A stretch of DNA of 39,434 nt from a virus (lineage: Duplodnaviria > Caudoviricetes): IMG/VR virus record IMGVR_UViG_3300037631_003269, positions 1 through 39,434 of that record, one strand, 5' to 3'. A program made the translations under genes and the position numbers. Below are positions 17,326 through 27,728 of the stretch, piece after piece. The notes below the pieces were generated by a model. That model saw only the letters and a program-made list of their open reading frames with translations, was not told the origin of the DNA and made no database searches. The first letter of the stretch is position 1; each line of letters starts with the position of its first letter.

Positions 17326-18831
17326 TTATTTTCTTTCGTATTGATTATATTTTTGCCCTTCCTCTGTTACAGATTCATCTCTTTGCAATCTGCCGGTATA
17401 TAATAAATTTTTAGCAATTTGCTGCGCTAAGTCTTTACTAAGTCCTTCACGCTCTAATAAGTTTTGGAAAAATACATAAGGTGCATCACCAGCATTTACC
17501 GTAAAACTTTCAGTTGGTTTTGCTCCATTTTTCTTAATTTTTATTTCTGTAATATTTCCATCATCATCTTGAAAAATTCCATCATCCACTAAAGAATAAC
17601 CTAATCCAGCTAGCCCTTTATTTACAGTAGAAATATTATCAAATTGAACCTTTCCAAATATAGTACCATCTTTATTCCTAGCCATTCCAAAGCTATCTAA
17701 GTTTTCAGAAAACTGTACTACAAAAGCTTCAGCGTTGGCTAATGCTTTAGCTTCGCCTGAACCGCCTTTACCATCTTTGCTACTAACAGCTTTAGTTTGA
17801 TAGGTATTGTTTTCTTTATAATTAGGTATTAATTTAGAAGCATACTCAGCATAAGCTTTTACAAATTCTGTTTGCATTTCGCTTCCTTGTTGTAATAATT
17901 CTGAGGCGCTAAATTGCTTATTACTTTCTTTACCTATAATTGCCCAAACATCTTCAGCATCTTCTGGAACAGTAAAAAATGATCTTGCCTGAGCTTCAAA
18001 TTGCGATGTAGTGGCCTGAGCTATTCTATTAGCTGCTGTAGCAGTGTATAATGTTTCATATTTACCATTATCAGATAACTTGGTAAATTTATAATTAGAC
18101 ATTGCGCTGTCAGTAAGTTGATTGTTTTTGTCTAAATATCCTGCTTTTTGATAAGTGCCATATATCATAGAATCAATACCAGGAACTTTCCCGGGATCAT
18201 ATCCGAACAACAAGCGAGCATCTTTATCAATAACTCCCTCAATATTTTCTCCTGAAAATCTTATTCTATAACCACCTATTTCTGCATCCCAATAAACTTC
18301 TTTTTGCCCTTTAGCAAAGCCGTTGTTTATATTTTGTGCAGCAACCCAATCAGCTGTACCGGGTTTACTTTTAGACATACCCCCTTGCGTACCCGCTGTA
18401 GCGGGATCAAATTCTTCCCCGTAAAATACCTTAGATTCTTCATCCATTTCAATTACAGAATATAATTGTTGCAATCTTTTCTGGGCTTTGCCAAATCCTT
18501 CTTGTGCTATTTTTAATTCTTCTTTAGTAGAGGCGTTTTGCATAGCTATTCTATTTTCAGTAACTAAATTTAAAACTTCATCAGCTTCTTTACTATATAT
18601 TGAATCAGCGCCTAGTTTAGCTAAATTAGCATAAACTTGCTCTTGATTTTTAGAAGCATATTCAGCTGCCCAATCTAATTGATCTTGTATTTTTTTAGCT
18701 AGCTCATCATCTTTTTGACGTGTAAAATCAATATAATCAGTTGTGGCTTTAGCTACATTTGATATTGTATTTGCCCATATTTGACCTGATTGATTATCTA
18801 CAACCGTTATTGGATTTTCATATGCTCCCAT
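17326..18831 (-). CDS. Putative internal virion/ejection protein (501 aa)
   Basis: Helical N-terminus; middle gene of a small-medium-large trio as in podovirus ejection modules. Confidence 0.6.
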   Translation of the reverse strand: MGAYENPITVVDNQSGQIWANTISNVAKATTDYIDFTRQKDDELAKKIQDQLDWAAEYASKNQEQVYANLAKLGADSIYSKEADEVLNLVTENRIAMQNASTKEELKIAQEGFGKAQKRLQQLYSVIEMDEESKVFYGEEFDPATAGTQGGMSKSKPGTADWVAAQNINNGFAKGQKEVYWDAEIGGYRIRFSGENIEGVIDKDARLLFGYDPGKVPGIDSMIYGTYQKAGYLDKNNQLTDSAMSNYKFTKLSDNGKYETLYTATAANRIAQATTSQFEAQARSFFTVPEDAEDVWAIIGKESNKQFSASELLQQGSEMQTEFVKAYAEYASKLIPNYKENNTYQTKAVSSKDGKGGSGEAKALANAEAFVVQFSENLDSFGMARNKDGTIFGKVQFDNISTVNKGLAGLGYSLVDDGIFQDDDGNITEIKIKKNGAKPTESFTVNAGDAPYVFFQNLLEREGLSKDLAQQIAKNLLYTGRLQRDESVTEEGQKYNQYERK

Positions 18832-18895
18832 TATAAATTTGCTATTATATTATCTCCTGTTTTTATTTGATCAAACAATGCTTTTTCGTTAAATT

Positions 18896-18911
18896 GCGCC
18901 GTCCCCGGCGC
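18896..18911 (-). promoter_or_regulatory. All-GC 6-bp hairpin with GNRA loop, candidate frameshift stimulator
   Basis: GCGCCG-GGGA-CGGCGC on - strand, 7 nt after a G5 run. Confidence 0.5.
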
Positions 18912-19726
18912 TAGTCTTCCCCCGGTTTATATGTTTTTTGTAAATAAGCAGATGTAGTATCAGCTATTCCTGATATTCCAGCCCCTGTTATAGCCGCGGC
19001 ATCTGCCCTCGCCTGGGCTTGCGCTTGTGCCTGCCCGGTTATTTGAGCTTGTTTTCTATTAAGTTGTTCCGTTTTTCTTCTTTCTTTTTCCCCGTAAACA
19101 AATGCGGCGCCTTGAGTTCTTCCTTGCTCTAATTTTTCAGCTTGTCCAAGTTTGACACTTTGAAGCCTTCGCTCTTCTGCTATTCTATTAGCTTCTAAAG
19201 TAGCTTCTCCCTGCGCTCTTAATTGTTCATTTTTAGCTTCTTGTTGTTCTATATTTGCAGCAACACCTTTTTTACTAGCCAAAGCTGCTTGAGCTAGCGC
19301 GGTTGCGCCTCCTGCACTTGCCCCTGTAGCTCTTAATGTATCTAAAGTATTAGCTAAAGCAATATCTGTTTGTTCCATTTGTATTTCAGCAGCCTGCGTT
19401 GCTACGCCTAAACTGTCAAAAGGATTAGTCATTTTAGAACTTAAGTCTTCAGCTATACTAGAAAAGTCTTGCATACCAGCATAAGGATTTATGATTGGTT
19501 GTCTGCTATTTTCTAATTCTTTTAGCTCTCCCTCTAATCTTCTTTTTTCTCTCGCTGCTCTATTAGCTCTTTTATTAGCGCTGCTAGCGCCAAAAAGGCT
19601 ACCTATAAGTTGAATTCCGCCACTTATTGCTAAAGCGGCCCCAGCACTAATAGGTTCCAGTTTTATTAATCCTTCGATTTCATGGCCATACCATGCGAGC
19701 TTTAATATTTCAATTACTTGTTCCAT
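18911..19726 (-). CDS. Putative small ejection protein (271 aa; possible 298-aa frameshift form)
   Basis: Gly/Ala hydrophobic N-terminal helix, Ala/Gln coiled coil, GAGISGIA C-terminus. Confidence 0.65.
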   Translation of the reverse strand: MEQVIEILKLAWYGHEIEGLIKLEPISAGAALAISGGIQLIGSLFGASSANKRANRAAREKRRLEGELKELENSRQPIINPYAGMQDFSSIAEDLSSKMTNPFDSLGVATQAAEIQMEQTDIALANTLDTLRATGASAGGATALAQAALASKKGVAANIEQQEAKNEQLRAQGEATLEANRIAEERRLQSVKLGQAEKLEQGRTQGAAFVYGEKERRKTEQLNRKQAQITGQAQAQAQARADAAAITGAGISGIADTTSAYLQKTYKPGED

Positions 19727-19735
19727 TTGTTATTA

Positions 19736-21253
19736 TTAATAAGATGATTCCGCGTATTCCGAAGATACAGCAAATAATTCTTTTGGGCCGCCATAATCAG
19801 TAACAGTATCAGTAGACATGGTAACTGTACTAAAGTACCCTTTAATACCGCTCATTTGATTGCCAAACTTCACTTCGCCGGGAGCAACCGCACTATTATT
19901 AATTATATTAGCCATATATTTATTTTCTTTTCTAGTAAAACCTGCTCTATTTAAGGGCGGTGTAAGTCTTGCGGGAAATTGGTTGCCATAATTATCGTAA
20001 GCCCCTTGATTATAACTATATATTAAAGCTGTTGTATCTTGTGTGTTAGTAATAGCAAAGTTTAAAAAATCAGTATCAACAGTACCAATTCCTGTAAAAT
20101 CAGAATTAATGCTATTAACTTCCCATCCATTGCTCCCTTCGTAATTTATTGTTTTAAACACTTTTGACATACTAGGCCTAGGGTTAAATATAAAGGTTAT
20201 ACTAGAATCATTATTTACTCCGTAAAAATTTGATCTTTTAATAGTTGGATCTTCAGAGTTGTGTTGATATAAAGCCGCTGCTGTTGATGATGCTGAGCCG
20301 TTATTTACAGTATAAAAATAATTTTTTAAACTAAAACCTAATCCAGGTTTATAATTAAAAAAGCTATTCCATCCATTTATATCATCGTCAAATGATAATG
20401 TAAAATATGAATTAGTGGCTACATTTCCTAAAGAATCTGTTGTGAAAGAAGCATTAGCAGTCTGAAGCGACACCACATATTGTTTATTATAAATATCCCA
20501 CATCCCCACAGCTTTACCAGCAACAAAAGGTTTGCCTTGATCTAACTCACTTAGCTTATCCCTAAAAAAGTCATACATACCATATCTTTGTATTTCTTCT
20601 AAACCGTTATTAGATAATCTTAACACCGCATTCCTATCTTTGTCTACAAAGTATTGCCTAAAACCGTAAACAGCGTGACTTTCAGGATTTCTACTAATAC
20701 CAAAATTACCTGCATAAGCTTGTGGATCTCCTATAACTATATTACTAGTTGTTACTGTAGGATTTCCTTCAGCTGAATAGATAATGTTTTTATTAATAGG
20801 TGCTCTACTTACTTTGTCCTCTTGAAATATAGTTAAATAATAATCTTGAGCGTATAATTTTTGTATTGATCCGTAAGCCGGGTTTAAACTTTTAGTAATA
20901 TCTGTTCCAACACTAAATACATTAGTATCATTAATTCCTGTACTTGAATTAAATATTCCTGAATATATTAATGAGTTAGTTCTAAAGGTCGCATTAGGCT
21001 CTTCTTCTACCAAATAAGCCCTAGGGCCGAAACTAACCGATGTATTATTATATCCTCCCCTAATTCTTGATTCTTCAATTGTCCAATTTTTAGCAATAAT
21101 TGCAGCATTAGATGTTTCTACATTACCTCGATCATAACCTTGCAAACCGTAAGGTATGCCAAATGATCCATTCCAAACCGGAACAGACGAAGAATTTAAA
21201 ACTTTCTTTAAAACAAAGCTATTAAAATATTTTACTTCTATAGTTGCTGGCAT
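19736..21253 (-). CDS. Tail stabilization/nozzle-like protein (505 aa)
   Basis: Beta-rich; NFGISRNPES, YFVDK.R.AVLRLS, W.SF..Y.P, KVFKTINYEG. Confidence 0.65.
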   Translation of the reverse strand: MPATIEVKYFNSFVLKKVLNSSSVPVWNGSFGIPYGLQGYDRGNVETSNAAIIAKNWTIEESRIRGGYNNTSVSFGPRAYLVEEEPNATFRTNSLIYSGIFNSSTGINDTNVFSVGTDITKSLNPAYGSIQKLYAQDYYLTIFQEDKVSRAPINKNIIYSAEGNPTVTTSNIVIGDPQAYAGNFGISRNPESHAVYGFRQYFVDKDRNAVLRLSNNGLEEIQRYGMYDFFRDKLSELDQGKPFVAGKAVGMWDIYNKQYVVSLQTANASFTTDSLGNVATNSYFTLSFDDDINGWNSFFNYKPGLGFSLKNYFYTVNNGSASSTAAALYQHNSEDPTIKRSNFYGVNNDSSITFIFNPRPSMSKVFKTINYEGSNGWEVNSINSDFTGIGTVDTDFLNFAITNTQDTTALIYSYNQGAYDNYGNQFPARLTPPLNRAGFTRKENKYMANIINNSAVAPGEVKFGNQMSGIKGYFSTVTMSTDTVTDYGGPKELFAVSSEYAESSY

Positions 21254-21282
21254 AATTTATTATTACTTATTTATAATTTTAA

Positions 21283-24200
21283 TTACCAAGGTTGATATTG
21301 CATTGCTAATGATGGATAATTTGAATTAGCTAAACTTTTTAATCCTGTGCTGTCAAAATATGCCACCCATCTTCTATGTATATTTTGAGTTAATCCAGGG
21401 TTCCCGGTTGAACTCGTATTAGAATAGTCTGTTCCGTATACAGCATTAATGTCAGTTGAGTTTGACCCAGCAACATATTGAAACCACCCGGCATTATCAG
21501 GGACCCATGGTTGTGTAAGATCAGCATCTATATAAAATTTTGTAACATATTTCATATGCCATTCTCTGGCAAACAGAGTTTGGTTTGCACTTCCGGTTGA
21601 TGCAAGCTGCGCTGTATTTTGTGCATTATTGCTAACTCTATACTGGTAAGAATATATATTGCTTCCACCATAAGCTGCTGGATAGTAAAAGTCACCAAAA
21701 AATACATTAGCATTTACTAGGCCGCTTATTATATTAAATCCATCTGCCGGACATTCGCTAGATCCGTATCCTACAACTATAGGATTATCTGACCCGTTTG
21801 AACTTTTAATGCCCCAAGGATAACGCACAATTAATCTATAATCGCCAAATTTATCGCTAACCCCGGCATAAGGTGATTTACCTATTACAAAAGTTTTTCG
21901 TGCAATAGCATTTTGAGTTTCACCATTAAGTGCTTTTGCCTGTGTGTTTGCTTCTAAGCATGCTGTATTTAAAATATCAGTTGTAAAACTAGAACTATTA
22001 ACTCTTGTAGACTGAAAATAATAGGGCAAGTCTCTTTTATTTATTATTCCATGTCCCCCAACACTGCCTCCAGAGTCAAATGCGTCTCTATTTATTTGAG
22101 AGCCTCCAAAATTAGTAGGCTTGCCTTCAATATCTGTTGCTGTAACCCAATTATTACCTCCCCCAAATGGTCTATATTGTAAATAGATAGGATACATAAG
22201 CAAAGGATAATCATCAGTTGTTAATCCTTCAAGCCCTACGTTTAATTGATTAAAATTAATTTCTACACCTATAAATGCTGTTCCTTGGCGCAATCCAGCT
22301 TGAGATTGGTCTAATGTTGTAGCATTAGCTGAAGACTGGATAGCCATTGCGTTTTGGTTTTTATTAAGCATGTAGAAACTTGCGCAATCTGGCACAGAAT
22401 CGAGAACTTTAGTTTCACCACCGCCACTTACAGTTACTTCGTTTACATTATTGCTTAATTGCAAACCACTATAAGGGGCTCTTATATCGTCATTACTTAT
22501 AGATGACACCCCGGGAAGTGGGGTAGACCCGGCCGCATTGATGAGAGCATTTGTTCCTCCTACAAAATACAAAGCCCCAGACTCTCCACCTGAATTAGCA
22601 ATACCAAACCCATATTTAGAAGTGGACCCAAATTCTGTATTAAGAGCTTCGTTACCAAATAAAACAGTAAGCTGCAAATTAGCAGCGTCAGTTGGGCCAC
22701 CCGCATCTGTTAATGTAATAGTTATAGGGTATGGGCCCGTTAAATCTTCTGTTGTTGATAATTCGCCATCGGCGTTTATACTAAATATAGTTTGATTAGC
22801 GGGAGATGTAATAGACCAACTTAAATCATTTGTATTTAGACTTGTGTCAGCCGTTCCGTTTACGCCAGTAAATGTAGCTAATATCCCTGTTGCCCCAGCT
22901 GTATGTTGCAAAGTAAGATTGCTAGGGACTGGGTCAATATTTACAGTCGGTTGATTTGGTATTGTGTATGTTTTAAAAATAGGTGAAGTATTTGCTAAAG
23001 GCACTTCAAAACCCGCAGAACCAGCAGATTCTCCAGCCGCGGTTGTAAAGTTAACTGTTATATTATATACTTTTTCTGTTCCAGCCTCTAAGCTATAATA
23101 AAAATCTTTAGTACTTTGTATTTTATATCTATACCAAGTGTTTTGGTCTTGATTATTATAAGGTTGCCCATTAGATGGTACGTTAATAACGGTAAAAAAG
23201 GTAGATTTATCCCCTTCATCACTTAAGCTTGTAACACTTGCTATAGACGCGGTTAATCGATTGGCTGGTAAATCTTGGTTTACAGCTTCGCCTAAAGAAG
23301 TAATATCTACAGGAGCCCATCCCGCTCCCGCAGTTGACGGCAAGATATCTACATTACCATTTGCATGGCTTTGATTTTCATTAAAATCTACTGTAGTATT
23401 TCCAGTGGCGCCGGTAACAACATTAGTTGTAGTTTCTATAGCTGTATTTAATTCTGATATTAGTCCGCTAGTAGAAGTTTCATAATATATATCCAACCTT
23501 GATTCAGTAGGCTCTGTTTCAAATACTGCGAGTTGAAAAGGATAAGCACCGGCTTTCGCAGCACTTCCAATAGGTAAAGAATCTATTTGTGATATTCTAG
23601 CGATTAAAGGATTAGATTTAGAGTCATATAAATTTGTTATTGTTGTTGCACTTGGGCCTGTAACGTCTTCTCCTAACACGTCAGCAACTTCCCCAATGGT
23701 TATTACGGTATTCGACTGAATACTAGGAAAAAATTGTTCATTATAAGAAGGAAAAGTTGCAGACACAAAATTAGGAGTAACTCTTCCAAATAATTGTACT
23801 GAACTTCTAAATTGTTTTTGTTCGGGGCCTACTTCACTTAAGTCTCTAGGAACTTTATTTATATTATCATTTATTAAAGTAATAAACCCTACCTCGTTTT
23901 CAGTGTCATTTAAATCTGTAACTCCAGCGGGCGGCCCGTTAAGTATACCAGGTAAATAAACGTTATAATAATCTTGCTCGAATTGTTTAACCACGACTTT
24001 ATAACTATACCAACCTAATGGATTGTAATTATTACCTGAACCAATATAAAGCCCCGGTATACCAGACCCAGCAGGAATTGGAGATGGGGTAGTTATAGGG
24101 CTATTAAATAATATTTTTAAAGCATCACCGGGCCAGGAAGCTACAGGAGTATCAGCGTCGTTTCTATAAGGATGATAATGAGTTGAAGCGGCAAAATTTC

Positions 24201-25665
24201 CAGACGGATCTAATGTAGCTTTTTCTAAAAGTTTAGATAATAATACTGTAGATGATCTTCCATATCTATCTGAAACAATAATGCCAACTTGATAATTTCT
24301 ATTTTGTTTTAAAGTGCTATTGGGGTACTCTACTTTACTAGTAGTGCCGGCCGCTAAATTAAAATTAGATTTATCAAAAGCACCTACTTCATAATCCAAT
24401 TGGGGTGTAAGCTGGCCATTGAGATCTTGGAAAAGCGGGGTATGTTTATCTTGAAAATTACCATAAATAACTCTATTTCCCGATATTTCTTGAGAAAAGG
24501 CTTTAACAGGCACTTTATCATATACCCTAATTAAATCCGCCTCGGGTAATGTTTTATAAGGCTTTAAACTTTGATAAGTATAACTTATAGTAGAGCCGGT
24601 ATGAGTTGTTTGGAAGAGTTGATTGGTTACTGATAAAGTGTCTACTACTTGTACGGCTTGCGCGTCTGATTCTTTATAAATAATATCAATTTCTGTAACT
24701 TTTAAAATATTATTTAATGTAGCCCCGGTAATAGCTGAGCCATCTATAGCTTTGGGTAAAGGAATATTTAAAGTAATTTCATTTACTTTGTTTTCCATAA
24801 AACTAACTACAGTGCTTCTAAACGCTGCATCTTCATCCTCAGCATAAAAATATCCGTCTTGTTTGGGTATAAAACATTCTTGAGTAAAAGGAGCTAAAGC
24901 CGAATACTCATTGTCTTCAAATTTAAATCTATAGCTAAATCTTACAAATTTATCTTCTAAATAATCCGGGTCTCCAGCGTAGTTTGGATTTCCACCAGTG
25001 TCTGTTTGTAAATAAGGATTGGTTGGCGGGTTTGCGTCTGCAGCATTAATTTTAGGCACCGCAAGGCTTACTACATCTTTCATTGTAGTTTCATATTGGC
25101 CCGCTATAGAGCTTTCTTGGTACAAATTTATAGCTTCATAGGGTGCAAATTTAGCTACTGAAATATGATCTTCAGTAGTATAATATCCTAAAGTTTTGTT
25201 TATATTTATTTTTCTTGGTTGATTCCTATTGTCTGTCCAAAACAATAAATTTTCAACTATGTTAATGCCATATATAGGATTTTGTGTAGAAAAATTTAAA
25301 AAAAGTCCTTCAACTAATTTAATAGCAGTTTGATTTAAAGTATCATAAGCATAAATAAAATTATCCGCTCCAGAATTATACGCAGTTCCTGTATTGTTGG
25401 TTAAAAAAATGTATACCATATTATTTGCAGGATTTACAACATGGCCTATAGCTTGAAGACCTGTTGCGCCTGAATTTAAAGCTTGAAAATTGCCTTGCGG
25501 CAACAAAGCATTACCTAATACATTTTCTAATGCCCCTACGTCATCGCCCTCGGATTTACTAACTTGTATATTAAAGCCTTGTCTATACTCGCCTTGAGGC
25601 ACTAAACGTGCATCAAGATCTAAATTCATTTTAGACTTTATAAAAGCATTTTTAACTTCTGCCAT
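21283..25665 (-). CDS. Large tail protein with Ig/cadherin-like C-terminal region (1460 aa)
   Basis: KMNLDLDARL..GEYR..NI, LLFWTDNRNQPRKIN, RFSYRFKF, GNRVIYGNF; Gly/Ser/Thr/Asn-rich C-half. Confidence 0.7.
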   Translation of the reverse strand: MAEVKNAFIKSKMNLDLDARLVPQGEYRQGFNIQVSKSEGDDVGALENVLGNALLPQGNFQALNSGATGLQAIGHVVNPANNMVYIFLTNNTGTAYNSGADNFIYAYDTLNQTAIKLVEGLFLNFSTQNPIYGINIVENLLFWTDNRNQPRKININKTLGYYTTEDHISVAKFAPYEAINLYQESSIAGQYETTMKDVVSLAVPKINAADANPPTNPYLQTDTGGNPNYAGDPDYLEDKFVRFSYRFKFEDNEYSALAPFTQECFIPKQDGYFYAEDEDAAFRSTVVSFMENKVNEITLNIPLPKAIDGSAITGATLNNILKVTEIDIIYKESDAQAVQVVDTLSVTNQLFQTTHTGSTISYTYQSLKPYKTLPEADLIRVYDKVPVKAFSQEISGNRVIYGNFQDKHTPLFQDLNGQLTPQLDYEVGAFDKSNFNLAAGTTSKVEYPNSTLKQNRNYQVGIIVSDRYGRSSTVLLSKLLEKATLDPSGNFAASTHYHPYRNDADTPVASWPGDALKILFNSPITTPSPIPAGSGIPGLYIGSGNNYNPLGWYSYKVVVKQFEQDYYNVYLPGILNGPPAGVTDLNDTENEVGFITLINDNINKVPRDLSEVGPEQKQFRSSVQLFGRVTPNFVSATFPSYNEQFFPSIQSNTVITIGEVADVLGEDVTGPSATTITNLYDSKSNPLIARISQIDSLPIGSAAKAGAYPFQLAVFETEPTESRLDIYYETSTSGLISELNTAIETTTNVVTGATGNTTVDFNENQSHANGNVDILPSTAGAGWAPVDITSLGEAVNQDLPANRLTASIASVTSLSDEGDKSTFFTVINVPSNGQPYNNQDQNTWYRYKIQSTKDFYYSLEAGTEKVYNITVNFTTAAGESAGSAGFEVPLANTSPIFKTYTIPNQPTVNIDPVPSNLTLQHTAGATGILATFTGVNGTADTSLNTNDLSWSITSPANQTIFSINADGELSTTEDLTGPYPITITLTDAGGPTDAANLQLTVLFGNEALNTEFGSTSKYGFGIANSGGESGALYFVGGTNALINAAGSTPLPGVSSISNDDIRAPYSGLQLSNNVNEVTVSGGGETKVLDSVPDCASFYMLNKNQNAMAIQSSANATTLDQSQAGLRQGTAFIGVEINFNQLNVGLEGLTTDDYPLLMYPIYLQYRPFGGGNNWVTATDIEGKPTNFGGSQINRDAFDSGGSVGGHGIINKRDLPYYFQSTRVNSSSFTTDILNTACLEANTQAKALNGETQNAIARKTFVIGKSPYAGVSDKFGDYRLIVRYPWGIKSSNGSDNPIVVGYGSSECPADGFNIISGLVNANVFFGDFYYPAAYGGSNIYSYQYRVSNNAQNTAQLASTGSANQTLFAREWHMKYVTKFYIDADLTQPWVPDNAGWFQYVAGSNSTDINAVYGTDYSNTSSTGNPGLTQNIHRRWVAYFDSTGLKSLANSNYPSLAMQYQPW

Positions 25666-25669
25666 TTAT

Positions 25670-26896
25670 TTAACTTTTAATCCATTTAGATTTATTACGC
25701 ATTACTTGAACTATTTCATCTAATTTAATATTAGATAATCTAATTTTAGCATTTCTAAGCAATGCACTTTTTTCTCTTTTATATCTATTAACTATATATT
25801 CAGGGGTATTAACTTTTGTGGAAAGTACAGCATGGTTTACATAAGCATATACGGCTGCTTCGGCCATTTTAGGAACTTTCATGTCTTGATCATAAGCAAG
25901 ACCGTCAGATATATATTCAAATATTACTAAAGCATCTCTTAAGTCACTCGAAAAAGATATTTTACCTTCTCTATGGTTCATAGTAAACCAACCGTTTCTT
26001 TGAGATGTTTCTGGATTTAATCCATATCTTTCTCCAACTCTTCCTTCAAAACCAAACCCATACCAAGTGCCCGGATAAATCCCGCTTTCTACATCTTTTG
26101 AATTTAAATTTCCATTAATTAATCTATCATTAGCGGCGGCCCATCTTTCTTCTGTTAAAGAAGTAGCGTCTATGTCTTCGCTAAAGTTGTCTTGAAGAGG
26201 AACACCTTGAAAATCCTGAGGTAATAAACTGTCTGGATTCGAAGTTAATGTTGTAGGATATATAATATGTTTAACCCCTAATTGATCTACCCATGACATT
26301 TTTACATAGTTTACATAATCTTGAGGCATTGGTATTGATAAATTATGAGGAATTTGAGCTTCTTGTGATTTTATACTTGGCAAAGTATCATAGCTAAATT
26401 CTTGTAATGCGCGCTTAACATGAAATATAACATCATTGCGTTTTACATTTTGAATAATTTTTCCATTACCCACATAGCCCACTAAAAAATTTGTAACTAA
26501 TTCTGAAACTTTTATAAAAGCATACTCGCCGTAGTTTTCTTCAACCGTATTACCGTAAGCATTTTCATTGCCATAATTACCACCAGTTAAAGTTTTTAAT
26601 TGTACAACTATAACTAAATTAGCAGCAGGAGTAGCTGCGAAAGTTATTGTATTGTCAGCCACGCTATATGTTTGTATGTATTCTGTGTATGATCCAGCTA
26701 TTCCTGTAGGGCTAGTGTAAAGTTTAAAATTATTATTTGCATAATTTACGGTGCTAGGATCAAAACTGCTAAAAATTAAATTTGTATTAAAAGTAGTTGT
26801 AAATGTACTTGTAGCTCCGTCTGCTAAGAATGTTTGTGCTCCAGCGTAATATTGTGCATTGGTTTCTTGTATTAAACCACCATTAGGTTTTGCCAT
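25670..26896 (-). CDS. Tail ring/connector-like structural protein (408 aa)
   Basis: Thr-rich beta N-terminus; MPQDYVNYVK, FEYISDGL; position in tail module. Confidence 0.6.
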   Translation of the reverse strand: MAKPNGGLIQETNAQYYAGAQTFLADGATSTFTTTFNTNLIFSSFDPSTVNYANNNFKLYTSPTGIAGSYTEYIQTYSVADNTITFAATPAANLVIVVQLKTLTGGNYGNENAYGNTVEENYGEYAFIKVSELVTNFLVGYVGNGKIIQNVKRNDVIFHVKRALQEFSYDTLPSIKSQEAQIPHNLSIPMPQDYVNYVKMSWVDQLGVKHIIYPTTLTSNPDSLLPQDFQGVPLQDNFSEDIDATSLTEERWAAANDRLINGNLNSKDVESGIYPGTWYGFGFEGRVGERYGLNPETSQRNGWFTMNHREGKISFSSDLRDALVIFEYISDGLAYDQDMKVPKMAEAAVYAYVNHAVLSTKVNTPEYIVNRYKREKSALLRNAKIRLSNIKLDEIVQVMRNKSKWIKS

Positions 26897-26902
26897 AACT
26901 TA

Positions 26903-27661
26903 TTAACTTTTTTGGTTTATTTCATCCATTTGCACTTGCTGTGCTGCGGCTTGTACTATTTGAGGATCTCTTATAATAATTCCAGCATATTGTAGTATTC
27001 TTAAGATAACTTCTGTTTGTTCACTTTCATGAAGCTCAAAATTTATAGATCCGCTTGGCTCTGTAGTAGCATTGTAGTCTGATTCATTCCAATTGTATTG
27101 GCCTAAACTGCCTACTAAAAATCCCCAAATTACATTAGACGGCTTTTTAACATACTCTACTTGCACATTATTTTGTATAGTATCTGGCTTTACAAATAAA
27201 TAATTATTCTCATACAAATATGTAGGAAAAGTTTCAGTTGCTTTTGTTAATTTAGATTTTTCAGAAGTATAAAAATCATTTCTTTGAAGTCTTTGTATAA
27301 GAACTTCATTCTTATATGTTACTTCGCCTATCCTGTATAAATTTACTGTTCTTCCATAAGAATCAGTTGTAGGTAAAGTAAAATAATTAGTAGGGGTAGG
27401 TGATGTATTATTATAAGAGGCGTTGCCAAACGTTTTAAATATAGCTACCTTTTCATCTATATTTTCTAATCTATCAGCGTAGTTTAAATTGCTTTGAGGA
27501 ACTCTAGCCTGTTGATTTAAATCTTCAAAATATTTTTCAAATATTTCAAGTTGAACTTGTGTTCCTACTTTGTTAAATTCATCAGGAGTCATATACCCCC
27601 TTTGCTCTTTATTTAAAATAGACAACACTGTTTGATATACAGTATTTACGTTTATTGCCAT
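26903..27661 (-). CDS. Tail tubular/adaptor-like protein (252 aa)
   Basis: LNKEQRGYMTPDEFN, EYVKKP, FELHESE; first gene after the head module. Confidence 0.6.
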   Translation of the reverse strand: MAINVNTVYQTVLSILNKEQRGYMTPDEFNKVGTQVQLEIFEKYFEDLNQQARVPQSNLNYADRLENIDEKVAIFKTFGNASYNNTSPTPTNYFTLPTTDSYGRTVNLYRIGEVTYKNEVLIQRLQRNDFYTSEKSKLTKATETFPTYLYENNYLFVKPDTIQNNVQVEYVKKPSNVIWGFLVGSLGQYNWNESDYNATTEPSGSINFELHESEQTEVILRILQYAGIIIRDPQIVQAAAQQVQMDEINQKS

Positions 27662-27683
27662 TTTTGTTTTTTGTTATATAATA

Positions 27684-27709
27684 GTAAAGCCGCCAAATGA
27701 CGGCTCTAC
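27684..27709 (-). terminator. Stem-loop (terminator or mRNA stabiliser)
   Basis: GTAGAGCCGTC-ATTT-GGCGGCTTTAC, 11 bp with 2 G-U pairs; weak U tract. Confidence 0.6.
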
Positions 27710-27728
27710 ATATTATAAATATTACACG

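Noticed and set aside
18866-18913. UAG read-through or intrinsic terminator as explanation of the hairpin
   Set aside because: Read-through adds 15 atypical residues and leaves a gap; no U tract and mid-operon position; less parsimonious but not excluded
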